From Nageia nagi (lineage: Eukaryota; Plantae; Pinophyta): a DNA stretch of 64,000 nucleotides. Numbering within the stretch: position 1 is the first letter of the stretch; every line of letters begins with the position of its first letter. Of this stretch, positions 36,496 through 50,836 are shown piece after piece. Location of the stretch: positions 35,960,001 to 36,024,000 of the forward strand of contig JBITNC010000001.1 in assembly GCA_050084985.1 (NCBI GenBank), written 5' to 3'. The translations under genes were made by a program, and so were the position numbers. The notes below the pieces were generated by a model. That model was not told the origin of the DNA, did no database searches, and saw only the letters and a program-made list of their open reading frames with translations.

Positions 36496-37880
36496 AATGG
36501 AAAAGTTGATAAATTCTCAACAAATGCAAATCATCTCAAACCCTTTTATGCATAAGGGAAGATTGTCACATAGGTTTAGAATTCATAATTCAACTAGTCA
36601 TTAGTACAAAGGTCAAGTATTAAAATCCTATCTCTATTTTCATTTTGGTGAGCTAGCACTTGCTATAGCTTTCTATGCAAAAATTCCTCATTCATACTAG
36701 TACTCGCATAAGTGTTCTTAGTATAAATAAAAATCATAGGATTCAATGGTCATAATTAGGTCAGATAAACCATGTGGCACCTTTAGAATCTAGCAATTCA
36801 ATTTTCATATTTAGATCAATGATATTGCTTTAGTCAGTAATGTAGATAATATCATAGGAAATACTATGTAGTTTCTAGTCATCATGCATAAGCCAAACCC
36901 ATTAGAGATGTCACACCTGAATATTAAAATAATTGGAGGATCATATTCAACATGAGGCTTAGCACTCATGCTACCTTCTATACCCACACTAACATTAGCA
37001 CCTATGCTAATATTTCTCCATGAAATAATAATGGTCATCATAGGTAAATGAAGGTATTATTTCCTACTCTCTTATATTTGTATTCATAATCATAATTCAA
37101 TCATTTTATGCTTCATTATCATTCTTAGCACATCATGTACTTGTTGGATGAATGTTAAATAACCACACTATTTTAATCATTTGGTTGGGACTAAACCAAC
37201 CATTTTTCTTATGTTAGCCTAGTGATTGGGACTAAACTAATCATTAATATAATGGCCATATTATCATTGGTACTATAATCATACATGATTAGAAAACATT
37301 CAAATCAATTAACCCTTAATCACATCTAAAAATGGAGAATGTGCCTCATGATAATTAGAAGCTTATCATATATCATGGCTATTAAATATTCAAATCATCC
37401 ATATCCTTGAGTCACCTTTGTTGGTTGGATATCAACTAACCATCACCATATTATTTTTATTGATTTATATGTTGCATCTAGGAATGGGGCATGTACCCTA
37501 TGATGATGTTAACATATATAGTTTTGATTCATGTGTTTCCATCTAGGAATGGGGCATGTACCCCATAATGATGTGAACACACATTTATTATGATTCCTTA
37601 TGTATGCATCTAGGATTGAAACATTGAGTGTTTATGTATTTAGTGTTCTCAAAATGATGTATGCATATTATGTTTATTTCATCCTTGCTTCATTATTTTA
37701 TTTAATGAAATGCTATGATGTTATCTCAAATTATCACTTCTATATATCTTTTGTGAGTTAACAATCATATATGTACTAGAAAGTGTTTGCCTCTTATTTT
37801 TAGATTTCATTTTTGCTCTTGGTTGATCCTACTATATGCAAGCTATTACATCTATCACCTAAGAAAAAAGAGGGGGAAAT
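36496..37880 (+). mobile_element. 3' part of a gypsy (Tat-like) element: integrase tail, 3' region and PPT
   Basis: 36496-36555 reads NGKVDKFSTNANHLKPFYA*, resembling a Tat integrase C-terminus. PPT-like GAAAAAAGAGGGGGAAA at ~37863-37879. Confidence 0.6.
37475..37625 (+). repeat. ~66-bp tandem repeat
   Basis: CATCTAGGAATGGGGCATGTACCC at 37475 and 37540, a partial copy at 37607 and a diverged copy at ~37323. Confidence 0.8.
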
Positions 37881-38829
37881 ATACATCATCAAATCCTTGA
37901 TGATTCGAATAGCCAAACAAAATAAAGTATCAAATTTTTCTTCTCTTTACCTTTACTTTCTTTGCAAGAATAATAATATTTCAAGATTCAATTTCATTAT
38001 ACTTATAAATGGGAATATTTTTTGAAACCTAAAAGTGGTCCCCTTAATATGGTTCCACTTAGGTGCAACTTTACACATGCAATTAATCACATTTAATCAT
38101 ATTTTATTCATAGTTTACCTTATTATCATATATTTTTTAGGTTGTGTTCTTATATTTTTATGTTGGGTATGCCAAGATAGCTTTAACCAATATTCAAAAG
38201 GTTAAATGGCGAATAACTCTTGATATAAATGTAAGTATCTCTAACTTGGAGAAAGCATGTCAATATTACATCTCAATAGTCAATACCCTACTCTTAAGTG
38301 TTTCTAAATATTTTCTATTGAGATTGTAATCTTATTATCACTCAAATGAATATTTGTTACCCACTTCCATGATCATATGCTAGGTTTGAATTGTCATCAT
38401 CTCTATTTTCATTGATCCTTGTTGGTGAACCTCATTCTTTAGGAACATTTGTTCCTATGCTGATGTCCATACCTGCATTAATTTTCAAACTTATGCTGAG
38501 CTCTATGAGATCCATATGCATGTTGGTGTTTCTTATGTAGTTGGCCTTAGCATTCACACAACAAAGTCAATACTCTTTGAAAAGTTCATCCATCATATCC
38601 TCAACCTTGATATAAGTAAGGAAATAAAGGTATTTATCTTTCACTTGATTCCTTTTTCTTTAGTGCATGTAGCTTTGTTTTACATATTAACATCAATATA
38701 ACTTCATCATTGTTTTACTACATTGCAATATTCCCCCATTCATGTATGTTTGTTTAAGTTAATTAGCTTATATAAATCATACAATAAATATTTATGTATT
38801 TTTAGTTCATTTAGAGTAAAAACCTAGGT

Positions 38830-41800
38830 AATATGAAAATAAATATCAACACATTCTTTTGATATTATTCACATTTATTAATATGTGATTCATAATCTTC
38901 AAGTATATTAGGTCAATAATAACCTAGTCTAAGCAATATTCAATAAACCAATTTAGAACTAAAATATCCACCAAATTCACCATCATGAGCTTGATTAAGG
39001 GCCATGTATACTATATGCCTCATTAAATATATAAGAAGAGCACCATAAAAATACATTCTATATATAAAATCACCAATGATAACATACTTTGTTGCTAGCT
39101 TTCTAAGCCTAATTATAGTATTATGATCAAAGTAAACATGAGCTATCCCATTTATAAGATAAGAAAAATATCTTGATACCACTCACACACATTAATACAT
39201 GTAGCTTAAAAATAATGATCTATTAAATCTTCAATAACATATTCATGTGATGGTATACCTACGTTTTTAATTGTAAGTATAGTTTCTTCATAGTTTATGT
39301 TAATAGGAGCAAGGGAAGTGATACTAGCCATTGCATTAATGTACCTATTATTATCTTATGGAATATTCTCCATTTCACACTCATTTAACTATATGAGAAT
39401 ATCAATTGCCATTTCTTTGTATGGTTGTAATTTAGCATCCTTTATGTTGTATATGTCATTGATATATTTCACCACCAATTAAGAGTTACCAAATATTTTT
39501 ATTCTTTATATCTTTAGGATTATTGCAGCCTTGAGACCTAGAATAAGAGCTCCATAGTTAGCAATGTTGTTAATACAATAAAAAATTAAATGATAAGATA
39601 TATCACCATGAGAATTAATTAAAATAATTCCTACCCCTAATCCATGAATGCACTTAGAACCATTGAATAATAGTTTCCATTCATATTTCTTAGAGAAACC
39701 AATGAACACTTGTAGGTACTTATGTTTAGTAATCAAATGATGCCACCCAAATTTAGCATCATCATTGGGATCATGGGCACTTTTTCCATCTATTTCATTA
39801 AGGAATTCTTCCTATTCCATGGATGTTTTATTTCTTCAATGGTTTGTAATAAAATCTGCTATAGGTTATCCTTAATAGATTTCTAAGTTACAAAGACCAA
39901 ATTAAACTCTTGAAGCAACATTACCCATTTTCCACCTCTTTCAAATAGATAAGATTTTCACATTAGATATCTTGGAGGTTCAGTCTAGGCTATAACATAA
40001 GTTATATTTCTAAACATGTAATATCTTAGTTTTTTAGTTGAGAAGAAAATTACAAAATACATCTTTTCTATTGGTGCATATCTTGTCTCATAATCAATTA
40101 AATTTTAACTGATATAGTAAAGTGCTCTTTCTTTGTGTTTATCATTTTTTATGCTAACATTTCCCCCAATGCACTCAATGTTACAAAAACATAAAGCAAC
40201 AAACTCTTGCTAGAATCATAAGAGACTAAAATAGGAGCATTAGTAAGGTACCTTTTGTGTTTTCTAAATATTTTTAAAACTTTTTATCCCATATAAATTT
40301 TTCACCTTTCTTTAGCATATAAGAAAATAGGGAAGTCATAACATCTAGTTGAGCAATGACTCTTCTTACAACTTCAATTTTACCTTTAAGAATTCTCAAT
40401 TATTTCAAATTTTTAGGCAATAGCATATCCATAGTGGATAAAAATTTCTTAGGATCCACCTCAATACCTCTTGTTGATATAATGAAACTAAGAAACTTAC
40501 CAGATGAAACTCTAAATGCACACTTTTGAGGCTTTAATTTTAATTTACATTCTCTCATTGATTGGAAATATTTCTTAAATATTAAATGTGATCATCATTT
40601 GTTGTTGAATTTACTAGAATATCATCAAAATTATCATGGATCATATCATGGAATATACTTACCATTTTCCTTTCATAAGTAGCTCCTAAATTATTCAATC
40701 CAAAAGGTGTTACCGCCCATAAAAATTTGACCCAATGAGTAACAAAAGTTATATTATGTTGATACTTATTTGATTTTATCCAAAGAAACCATCCATGAAA
40801 GATGAAATTTCATGTCCTATTATTGAATCTACAATCATGTCAATATTTGGTAGAGCAAAGGCACCTTTAGGGCATGCCTTATTGACATACCTAAAATCTA
40901 TGCAATATCTTATTTCACCATTAGGCTTAGTTGTAGGAACAATGTTATAAATTCATGAAGAATAATTAATAGGAATAATAAAATGAGTGGCAATATATTT
41001 TTTATTTTCTTTTTAATTACTAGAGACACTTTAGGCTGCATTATTGTAGATTTTTGTTGGACTAGTTTAGCATTACCATTGATAACTAGACTATGAGTGA
41101 TAAATTTGAGATCAAGACTAGACATAATAGAATAAGATCAAGAAAACACATCAAAAAACTCTTTTAACAATGGGAATAACCTTTACCTTTCTTCCAAGGT
41201 TAACCAAGATCCTATTTTGATAAACTTTGGATCCTCTTGGGTACTAATGTTTACTTCTAATGTGTCCTTACTAAGACATGATATTTCATCACTAAGTTGG
41301 GAAGGCATAGGTAATGCCCCTAGTCTAGCATCCAAACTCAATCATAAGAGATTTGGAGAATGGAGTAGCAGTGCTAAGATTTGAGTGATGTTCCCCCCAA
41401 TAAGGAAAAATAAGATTGAAACCTAAAAAATTGGCTTATTAGAAGTATGAATAATTTTACAAAAGATTAAAATAAAAGAAGAAAACAACAAGAAAACTTA
41501 CCTACAATGTATTTATCATTTTTGCAAACTTCATCTCCAAAATAAGCTTAATTTCATATGAGACATGTTGTGAACCTCTTCTCACTAGATTTAGGAAATT
41601 CACTTCTTTCCCCTAGCATATTGAGAATAACATCATAATTCTAAAATGTATACACACATAATGGAGCATTAGGTGGTCATAATGGGTTTACATAGTAAGC
41701 ATGTAATTCCTCCATGGGACCATGCATCATACTGTAATGCATCCATTCATAAAAAATATCCCTAGTACTACCCTAATGACTAGAGCTAAAGTTAATTTTG

Positions 41801-44800
41801 TGTATGTTGAAGCCTCATACCTAATACTAAATGTTCTCCTATATTAACCTTCATTTGGAATGGGTTCTACAATGTCTTTCACATTTTTACCTAATCCTTT
41901 ACCACCATATTGATATTTGTACATATATTGGTTAGCAAAAGTAGAATTAATAATATTGAAATGCTTACTAACTTATCCTAAATTTTGAGAAATAAAATTA
42001 GAATATTTTTTATATGAGTATAATTTTCTCTCTTATTCCTTATAAAGTACACTCACATCTGAAACAAGGTCTTCTATCTCTTTAGTAATGGATCGATGAT
42101 ACTCAAATTCATTCTCATTTGGATAACATCATTGGGCTTCAAAAATGGATAGGTAAATATTTCAATATTTAGAATTATGTATGATGAAATATTTACCTCT
42201 TATGAAGTGACATCATTGACATGTTTTGCTATATCTTTCTCATTTTCAAATGTGGGATCCAAAATCACCCAACTACTTAGCATACATCTATAGGATTATC
42301 TTTAAAATGAATTGTAAATTATTTTTCTTTATTCATAAATTTAATTGATTAATACAATGTGGATATAAAAGCTTTAAGTTTCCAAATCCATAATCTACCA
42401 AAAAATAAGTTATATAGAAATTTTATTTGAAAAATATAAACTTTTTTTATGAATAGATTTACCTTCTAGTTCAATATGTATAGTAACATAACTAATGCAT
42501 TCTTTCTTAGTATTATCAAATCCTTTTATACTGATGGTATTTCTCTTCATTTTTGCATGTATTGAAGGAAATTAATTTTATAATAACTTAACTAAACAAA
42601 CATTAACATTAGAATCATTATCAATTAATGCTTTTTTGATAGGGACACCATCAACATTTACATGAATATACAATCCTAAATTATTTTCAATGACATCCTC
42701 ACTAGGTAGTTCACTAACTTGAAAACAAAATATATTATAAGTCAAATCTAAATCAATATTAGCTAATAATTTTGTAAATTTATCAATAAGAACATTCACA
42801 TCAACTTCAATATTTTAAGTGCATCAAATAAAGCATTTATATGATCTATAAATAATTGCAAAAGTTTAAAAATATTTATCTTTGTATGAGTAACCTTCAA
42901 TTATTTGAGGATTTGTAGTGCACTTTAATTGTGTAGGATCTCCATTATTTCCATTTTTATCATGTGGATATTCCCTCTAGGCCTTCTTTTCTATTAATGC
43001 CACATAGTTCCTCATTGAAGATGACATTCACCATGAGAGGTTATTCTTCTTATAATTCCACTACACTTACCTTATATTGAATTTTCCCATCATCTAGCAA
43101 TTTACTCAACTATTTATTTAGTATCATGCAATCATTATATTTGTGACCTTTTACTTTATGATATTTACAAAATTTCACTTCATTGTACCAATAGGTTTAT
43201 CATCATGAGGACATAGCTCTTATTTTTTATAAGAATTTATCAATCCTTTTTATAAGCAATCTTTGAATAGAATTATAGGAGCTAAGGGTAACTTTGTGTT
43301 TTTACTAAAATTTTGTTTTTCTTGACTCTTTTACTGATCCTTAGTTTGGGGTTCCATTATTACATGAATCTTTTTATCTTCCTTTCTCTGATATCTTCCT
43401 CCTTTTGTATCTTTAGGGGGAATTCCATATTTTAATTCACCCATGTCAACTAGGTATTTATATTCTATGTTATCCTATGCACAATCTTAGAGAATTGTAG
43501 TTTCATATATTCCAAGGCTATGGAATTTAAATTATAATTGATATTATGGATAAACATTGATATTCCATGCAATTTGGATAATGGTTCTTGTAGCATGCTC
43601 CATATCCCTTGTGAAACCTTTATGCAAATTTATCAAATCTTTCATTTGGATCTTGGATAGTACTTACTAAATTTGGAACTTTAATTTTCCCAAGAGAATA
43701 ATATTTTAAATGCATGTATAATTCTAAAATAATTTATGCATGAAAATTAATAGATTTAGTAGGTAAAGAGAAGTACCAATTTAGGGCATAACCCTATAAT
43801 GTAGATGGGAAATATTTTACCATCAAATTCTTATCCATTCCAAATTTCAATTTGAATTTCATATCAAAAGTTTTGATGTGATCCATGGCATATTCATCAC
43901 CCTAATATGTATCAAAATTAGTATCAATTGAATATATGATGCCCTAGTGTTACATATTTCATCACCTTGTAGATTTGAATATCTAGAACCACTAGTATGA
44001 GTTCCAATTGATTGATTATTTTCCCCATTATTAGAGACTTCACTTCTATCATCATTTTAATAAAGTAATATTTTTAGATTAACCTTGGTTTAATCATAAA
44101 ATTTATTTACCATGATTCCATTTATGAAACACTTGAAATAATATATTAGTCTTATCCATAAACCTTGAGGTTTTCTATGCAACTAGTGAAGGATAAAATG
44201 ATGTGTCAAAAATAATTTGAGTTCAGTAATTATTATAACTGAAATAATAATTATCAAGGTTATTAAGTAATATTCAATTTAAGCAATTAATCATGAAATA
44301 GTATTAAATAATAGTAACATAAATGATGTCAATGATCTTATTGATCTTAACCTATCAAACTAGATTAATGAAAGATACAAACCTTTTCTTTACCTATTAT
44401 GATGAATGGAAGATATATTTGATAAAAAGGGAATGATGAGCTTCTTCAAAATATGAATCCACCAATCCAACATCAACCTAAAAATGATGCTATGATCCCA
44501 ATATGTCTCTTAAATACTATTCCAATTTGCCTTTCCCTTTTGTTTAATGTCATCATCACACCTTCAATGTTTAGAATATCATACACAAATGAGTTCAAAA
44601 GGTTACATGAATGAAAATCTCAATGCTTAATAAAATCCATATATGATAGGTTGTATTGATAATCATTGATCAAGAATTACACACATATATTACCACCTAT
44701 CAAGGATTATAGATCATATCCTAATTTCTCATGCATAACCCTTCCATCTTTATAGATAGAATGTCTATTTCCAAGGCTCCTCTTTGGGATTATAGTGCAC

Positions 44801-44974
44801 ATGGTCCAAGACTGCTTATTGGGATTATCTCAGAACTAATGTATTATCATAAAATATAAAGGTAGATAAGAGTTAAAAAAAAATAATAACATTTATTTAA
44901 TTAAATTTATAAATTATTTCAAATACCTAAAAGGGTATTTTAATTAAACTAAAATTCCTTTTTAGGTTTTAATA
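38830..44974 (-). mobile_element. Truncated Tat/Ogre-type gypsy retrotransposon (gag-PR-G-patch-RT-RH-aRH-INT start)
   Basis: 5' LTR 44231-44974 (same family as 1381-6533), gag ~43080-44130, protease KKALIDNDSNVNV (42578-42799), G-patch YGGKGLGK ~41880-41912, RT ~40300-41260, second RNase H WKLLFNGS/NNIANYGALILGL (39506-39736) and integrase zinc-finger start AHDGEFGGYF (38940-39182). No 3' LTR found. Confidence 0.88.
44231..44974 (-). repeat. 5' LTR of the Tat-family element
   Basis: Aligns with 5808-6533; termini decayed (TATTATAACT...TTTTAATA); decayed PBS at ~44220-44228. Confidence 0.8.
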
Positions 44975-46978
44975 AAGGTAATTTTGCATGTAATTTCATT
45001 CACCTTATATAGTTTAAGATTATCCTATTCATCCTCTCATAAACTCCATTCTCTTAAGGTGTTCTTTTAAATACCTTTATCCTTCTTATCTTGTTGTGAG
45101 CACAATAGAAATCAAACTCCTTGCTACAATATTATCCACTATTATCTAATTTGATATTCTTTAACATTTTTCCTATTTCATCCTCAAACAATGCATTCCA
45201 TTTCTTGAAAGTATCAAATACATAATTTTTTTAAACAATAAAATTGTATCTTTCTTATAGCATCATAAATGAAAGTGACATAATAACAAAATTTATCAAA
45301 ATATTTAACTTATAAAGGTCCCTACATATCTGAGTGTACTAACTTTGATTTTAATTTATTATTTGTTGATTCAACCTTGAGCAATATCACCCTCTTATGC
45401 TTGCCAAAAAAATAGTTCTCAAAAAACTCCAAGTTGGCATCATTCAAATTAGAAAACAACTTTCATGAGTGTAAAATATTTATACCTTTTTCACTCATAT
45501 AACCAAGTCTTTGGTGCCACAAAATTGCATCTTCACCTATGGAAATAGAATTCAAGTAGTAATATGTGATAACGAGTAAATACAAATTACCCACTACACT
45601 AACTCTTTATATAGCCATTTAACCTCTTGTAACTTACCATGAATAGTTTCTTAATGCAACCATATAGCCCTTTGTGTTAAGCTTAATTATTGATATGAGG
45701 TTCCTTTTTAGATTTGGGATGTGTTTAGATTCCTTATGGATCTATTGGCCTCTATTAGGCTATTTTACCTTGATTGTACCAATACTCATAATATCACATG
45801 GGTTAATATTTCCAAAAAGCACATGTTTGTAGTCACCTAGAACATAATCTATGAAGTACTCTTTGTGAGATGTAGCATAAAAGGAAGTACCAAAATCAAT
45901 CACCCATTAATCATTATTTCTATCAAGAGATAAAATAAGAGAATATTGTAGAATTTCACCAAAAATATTTTCTTCATGATTGTTAACTTAATTTTCATTT
46001 CTTTCCTTACCTTCACCTTTCTTGACCAACAACACACCTTGACATGGCCCTTCTTACTATAAAAGTAACACTCCAAATTCTTTTTGTATTGTCATGTTCT
46101 TGAATTGGATTTTCCTCCTTATTGACTCTTTCTTCTATCCTTAATATTCCTCTATTCTCAATCTAAAGATTCATTTTAGAACATTCTTTTGTAGACTTTC
46201 TCCTCATGTCCTCACTAAAACTAATTCCAACTACTTTTTAAAGACCAATTTAATAGATTTATATTTGTTAATTTCCATAAAAAGAAAATTCTAACTATAT
46301 AGTAGTGAAAACAAGAATATTAATGCTCTAACATCATCATCAAAGTCAATATTTATTAATAGTAATTGGTTAGTAATAGTATTGAATTTGTTCATGATCT
46401 AAAATGGATCCTCCTTCATTCATTTTCATATTAAACAAATTTTTCATTAAATATAGCTTATTCAATGTAGATTATTTCTCATAAATAGTAGTTAGTTTTT
46501 CCATAACCCCATTTGTGATTTTCTCCAATAAGATGTTGAAAGCTACAGATGCACCTATACACAATCTCACCATTCCCAATGCCTTTATACTAAGTAATGC
46601 CAAATATTCATATGACTTTATTAAAGCTTTCTTTGTTATTCTCTCAATACGAAAGTACAAGTCCTTGTACAAGTAGTATTCCATATACATATTTCAAAAT
46701 TGGAAGTTTTGGCCATTAAATTCCTCCATCCTTTACCTTACTTCTTCCATTGAACTTTGCTAATAATTAACAATAATTCTTTGATGCCACTTTTTAGCTT
46801 TTAACTATAAAATAAATTATTTTTTCTTGAGAAAATTAGGAACTTGAATAAGAAATAAAATACCAAATAAGATAACAAAAAATAAACTAAGCACATAAGG
46901 AGAAGAGATAATATTTTCATATGATTCTCTTGATGTAAGCTACATACACTAAGAAGCTATCAATCCTTGATTAAACAT
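44975..46978 (-). mobile_element. Ty1/copia (Tork/TNT1-like) 5' half: LTR part, PBS, gag, protease, integrase
   Basis: PBS TGGCATCAAAGA (Met-i-like, 46778-46789), gag start MEEGKVKMEEFNGQNF at ~46750, CCHC-like motif ~46030-46075, protease WVIDFGTS ~45885-45908, LWHQRLGY ~45500-45523 and integrase VFDTFKKW...ERMNR ~45030-45222. Confidence 0.85.
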
Positions 46979-48822
46979 TGTTATAGAAATTGCAACTTAC
47001 ATTAAGGAAAGAGATTATTTCTTAATTGTATTGTGATTTAATAAGTTTGAAATATTTCATAGGCATATAGAATAATAGTAGCTAGATAAAAGATAATTTA
47101 TCAATGTTTGGTAGTTTTGCATATTTTAAATCATCTTCTTGTAACTTAGCAATACTCTTCTTCAATGCATTTTTCTAGAGTGCAGCAAACTTTTAAATGG
47201 ATAAACTTTCCTAAAATCTAAAATAATTGTAATTGTTATAATAATCTTAGAACCTGGTAGTTTCCATCTTTCATACATTCTCCTAGAATGCAGTTAAACT
47301 ATTACAAGGCATCTCTAAGGAAAGTGGTCTGATCAATCAATACACCTTCTATTTTCTTGAAACCTAATGGACTCAACCATGACTCATTTTTCTAGAGCTT
47401 GTATTGTTTTCCAAATCCATTAAAAGCAACAACCATATCTTATTGGTTAAAATAATTGGCAATCTTAGTTCTACTACCCAATTTTGGAAAATATTGTATA
47501 AGCATTGTAAATAATTTTAAGCAAATCTTGTAGCACTTCTCCAATCTTATGAAAATAAGATTTCCCAACTACATTTGGGCACTAAAGATAAAATACAATT
47601 ATCATTAACAAAATTTTAAGATTTATAGCTATCTAATTCAAGTTGTAGCTTAGATATATTATAGATTTCATAATTATATTAGTTAGTTTCATATAGGTTG
47701 TAGTTTATAAGTTCTCTCTAGATTCTTATTATCATTGGTAGATATTTTCAAATCCGAACCTATATATCTAGTTCAAATCAATGTAAAATAGGAAGTTGGA
47801 TCTTTCAACATTTACACCTAAATAATAAAATATCTATTTTTCCAAACCAAATTAAGTATGGTGGTACCTATACATTTATTTCTTCATGAATTCTTTATAT
47901 GGTTTAAATGGTTACATTGTCTATATGTTTCCTTTTCTCCATGGTATTATGAATGAAATATTTGTGACTATAGTCTCTACTCTCTTGCAACTAAAAGATG
48001 GATATTAACATTAAAAGGATTGTGTGAGCTAGGGATCCTTTCTCTAGGTTCTAACATTATTGTTGGAGGCATAGGTTGGCACCAAGAAAGATCATTTCCA
48101 TTTCTCTCATAAACTAAAATATTTTATATATTTTGGTAACTCTATCCTTTTTTTCTTTTATTTTATATCCTTTCATGATGGATAAGGTACCATCTTGATA
48201 AAATAAAAAAAGAGAATTTGAAATCATAATATCTCCTCTATCTATGATGAGTCTTTTAATAGATATACATCTTCATATATTGGAAGTAAACCTCATGATT
48301 CTTAATTCTAGGAGCTAAAATGAATGGGTAACATCATATTGTATATGAGACATAGAATCCCATACATATTGTATCCTTTTACATGGTAAAAGTGCAATCT
48401 CATTGGTTAGAGACCTAAAATAGGGTCAACCTATATAAAATTAGATCGCTAAAAGCTCAAGATCCTATTTACCTCTCTTTTTGTGGGATGCATATAAAGC
48501 ATATTATGACATCTTAATATTTGAGATTTTGAATTTTTAAAATAAGATCCACTTACAAGTGGAGTAATTCTATAAAGAACACTTATCTATGATGTTCTTA
48601 GAATTCCTACTATTCAACATATCATAAGTTTATATATGATTTATGATCATTTTGATTATTCATAATGGCTCACCAAACACCATTATGGCTAGATAAAATT
48701 AAAGGTTAAATCAACTAAAAATCAATTCATCCAAATATAGTTGGTTTATAAATATGGACAAATTCAACACGTCCACTCTCTTTCAAAAGAAAAAGAGCTA
48801 GATTGCTTTTTTTGGATCAATA
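46979..48822 (+). repeat. 5' LTR (~1.84 kb)
   Basis: TGTTATAGAAATTG...GGATCAATA; direct repeat of 50837-52614. Confidence 0.9.
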
Positions 48823-50836
48823 GTCCATTTTTGACATACCTAATGGGATAATTTCACATTATCATCATACAAGATTTCCCTCTAGAATGAATATTGAAAT
48901 ATCTTCCATGCTTGTTCAAAGATAAATCTAATGATATCAATGCACATACTAGCTCAATCTGTTTTGATCTATTTCAAGGAAATAGAATGGTGATTTGATC
49001 AATTTAAGATTCAATATCTAAAATATAAGAAAGATTATTTTGAAATGTTAGAATTTGAATAAGAGACTCAAAAAACATGACTTAGAAGTTATTAAGATCA
49101 ATAATATTCTCAAAAGAAAGGTTGGAATGGACCTAGAATGTTTGGGGGTTAGTTAGAGTCAAGGTTTGCTTGATAAAGATTTTGGACCTGAGCAATATTG
49201 GTGGATGGTTGAATCCTCTCTTTCAAGGGTAATGGTTATCTCCTAATACTAGAATGCCAAAATAATAAAGATAATATTAGAAGGTTTCTTTATTCAAACC
49301 TTATATGTTAAGATACTACCAGTTATGGAATGCATACTAAAAGATCATAATAGAAGTAGATATGGTATGTTTTGAACTTATCTTGTTCTAAGTATACATG
49401 TTTGAATTTGACCAATAGAGTCATAAAAAATGGATGTTCTTGTAATGGGATACCCATACAACCCGCACTTAATTCTTGAAAGGTGTATATTCAAGTTTAT
49501 AAAGAAATATTTGATCATTTCTCATTACATTGAAAGATACTAAATGTTATTCAAACATCAAAAAGGGATTGATATGAGTAATTAGCCATATTTTGAAAAT
49601 ATAGGTAGACCTATTTTCAGTAATACTAGGGGATATGCCTTAAAATGTTCACATCTTTTGGATAAGCCTTTAACATTTTACCATTACTAATCAAGCCCTA
49701 TAATCTTAAGAAATTATTTACAATTAGTTCATGTCAAAGTATCTAATAAATTAGACTATTGTACTTTCTTGATTACTATCATGTCTACTTTATAGATAGT
49801 TGATTGTAATATTCCTTATAAGAAGAGTTATTTTGGAATTTTTGTTATTAGATCAATGTATTTTAATGATATAGTTTTCTACAATGGATTTTTGTTTGAA
49901 AACTCAATTAAAGATAGATCAAAATATTTTTTTATAGAAGTTATTGATTTATATTCAGATTCATAATCACTAATCATATGAAAAAAGATATTTCTTAAAG
50001 AGGTAGGATAAGATAGATGACTTTAAAAAGTACAAATAGAAACAGGTTTGAAATCAATTAGGAATAATATAAAATTATTAAACTATTTTTTGTTGAGATC
50101 CATTTCTAGGAGAGATAATAGACAAATATATGTAAGATTTTATATAAATAGCCAATACATAAGAAGTATTAAAACATCTAAGGATGGTGATCGGAGTGCA
50201 CTTAATGAAGTAAAGATATGCTACAAAGGTTGTAAGGTAGATTAGTAGTGATTTTGTAAATATGTGTAGTTGTCCACCCCATTATGTTTATTGTGATCCT
50301 TTATTTTAAATTATTCATTATGTTTATCATGTTCATCTAGTTGCATTCAAACTCCACCTGAACTACTCCTTGCCTTATCCACTCTTTATTCTCATTACCT
50401 CTCACCTCCCTTCCCTACTCTCCTACTTCTTTCCCTATCCCCTCTTCCACATTGTTATCATGTTTCTACCTTCCTTTTTCCTATTGAATTTACATACCCA
50501 TTAGTGCTCTATTTTTCAATCATCATAAGATATATTAAGAATTTTATTTGGAAAAAGCCTTATAAGTAAAAACAAATCTGATAGCATCAAAAAGCATGGT
50601 AAAATAATGATTCATTTTAGTGTTTATTTTAAAGATTTATCATAAGTGTTTTTGTATTGAAAATTATTAAGATTCTAATTGATTGATACATGAAGATCAT
50701 TTTTTTATTTAAATATTTATTTAGAGTATTTTCTATCACATCCCACCCTTGCTAATGCATGTTTTCTACTTAATTTCTATTACATGGTTTGTTGACTATT
50801 TCAACTTTTCAAAATATCCAATGAAGGGGGTTAGAA

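Noticed and set aside
38050-38830. Possible copia gag fragment on the minus strand
   Set aside because: Only a short KLHALK-like match; not supportable.
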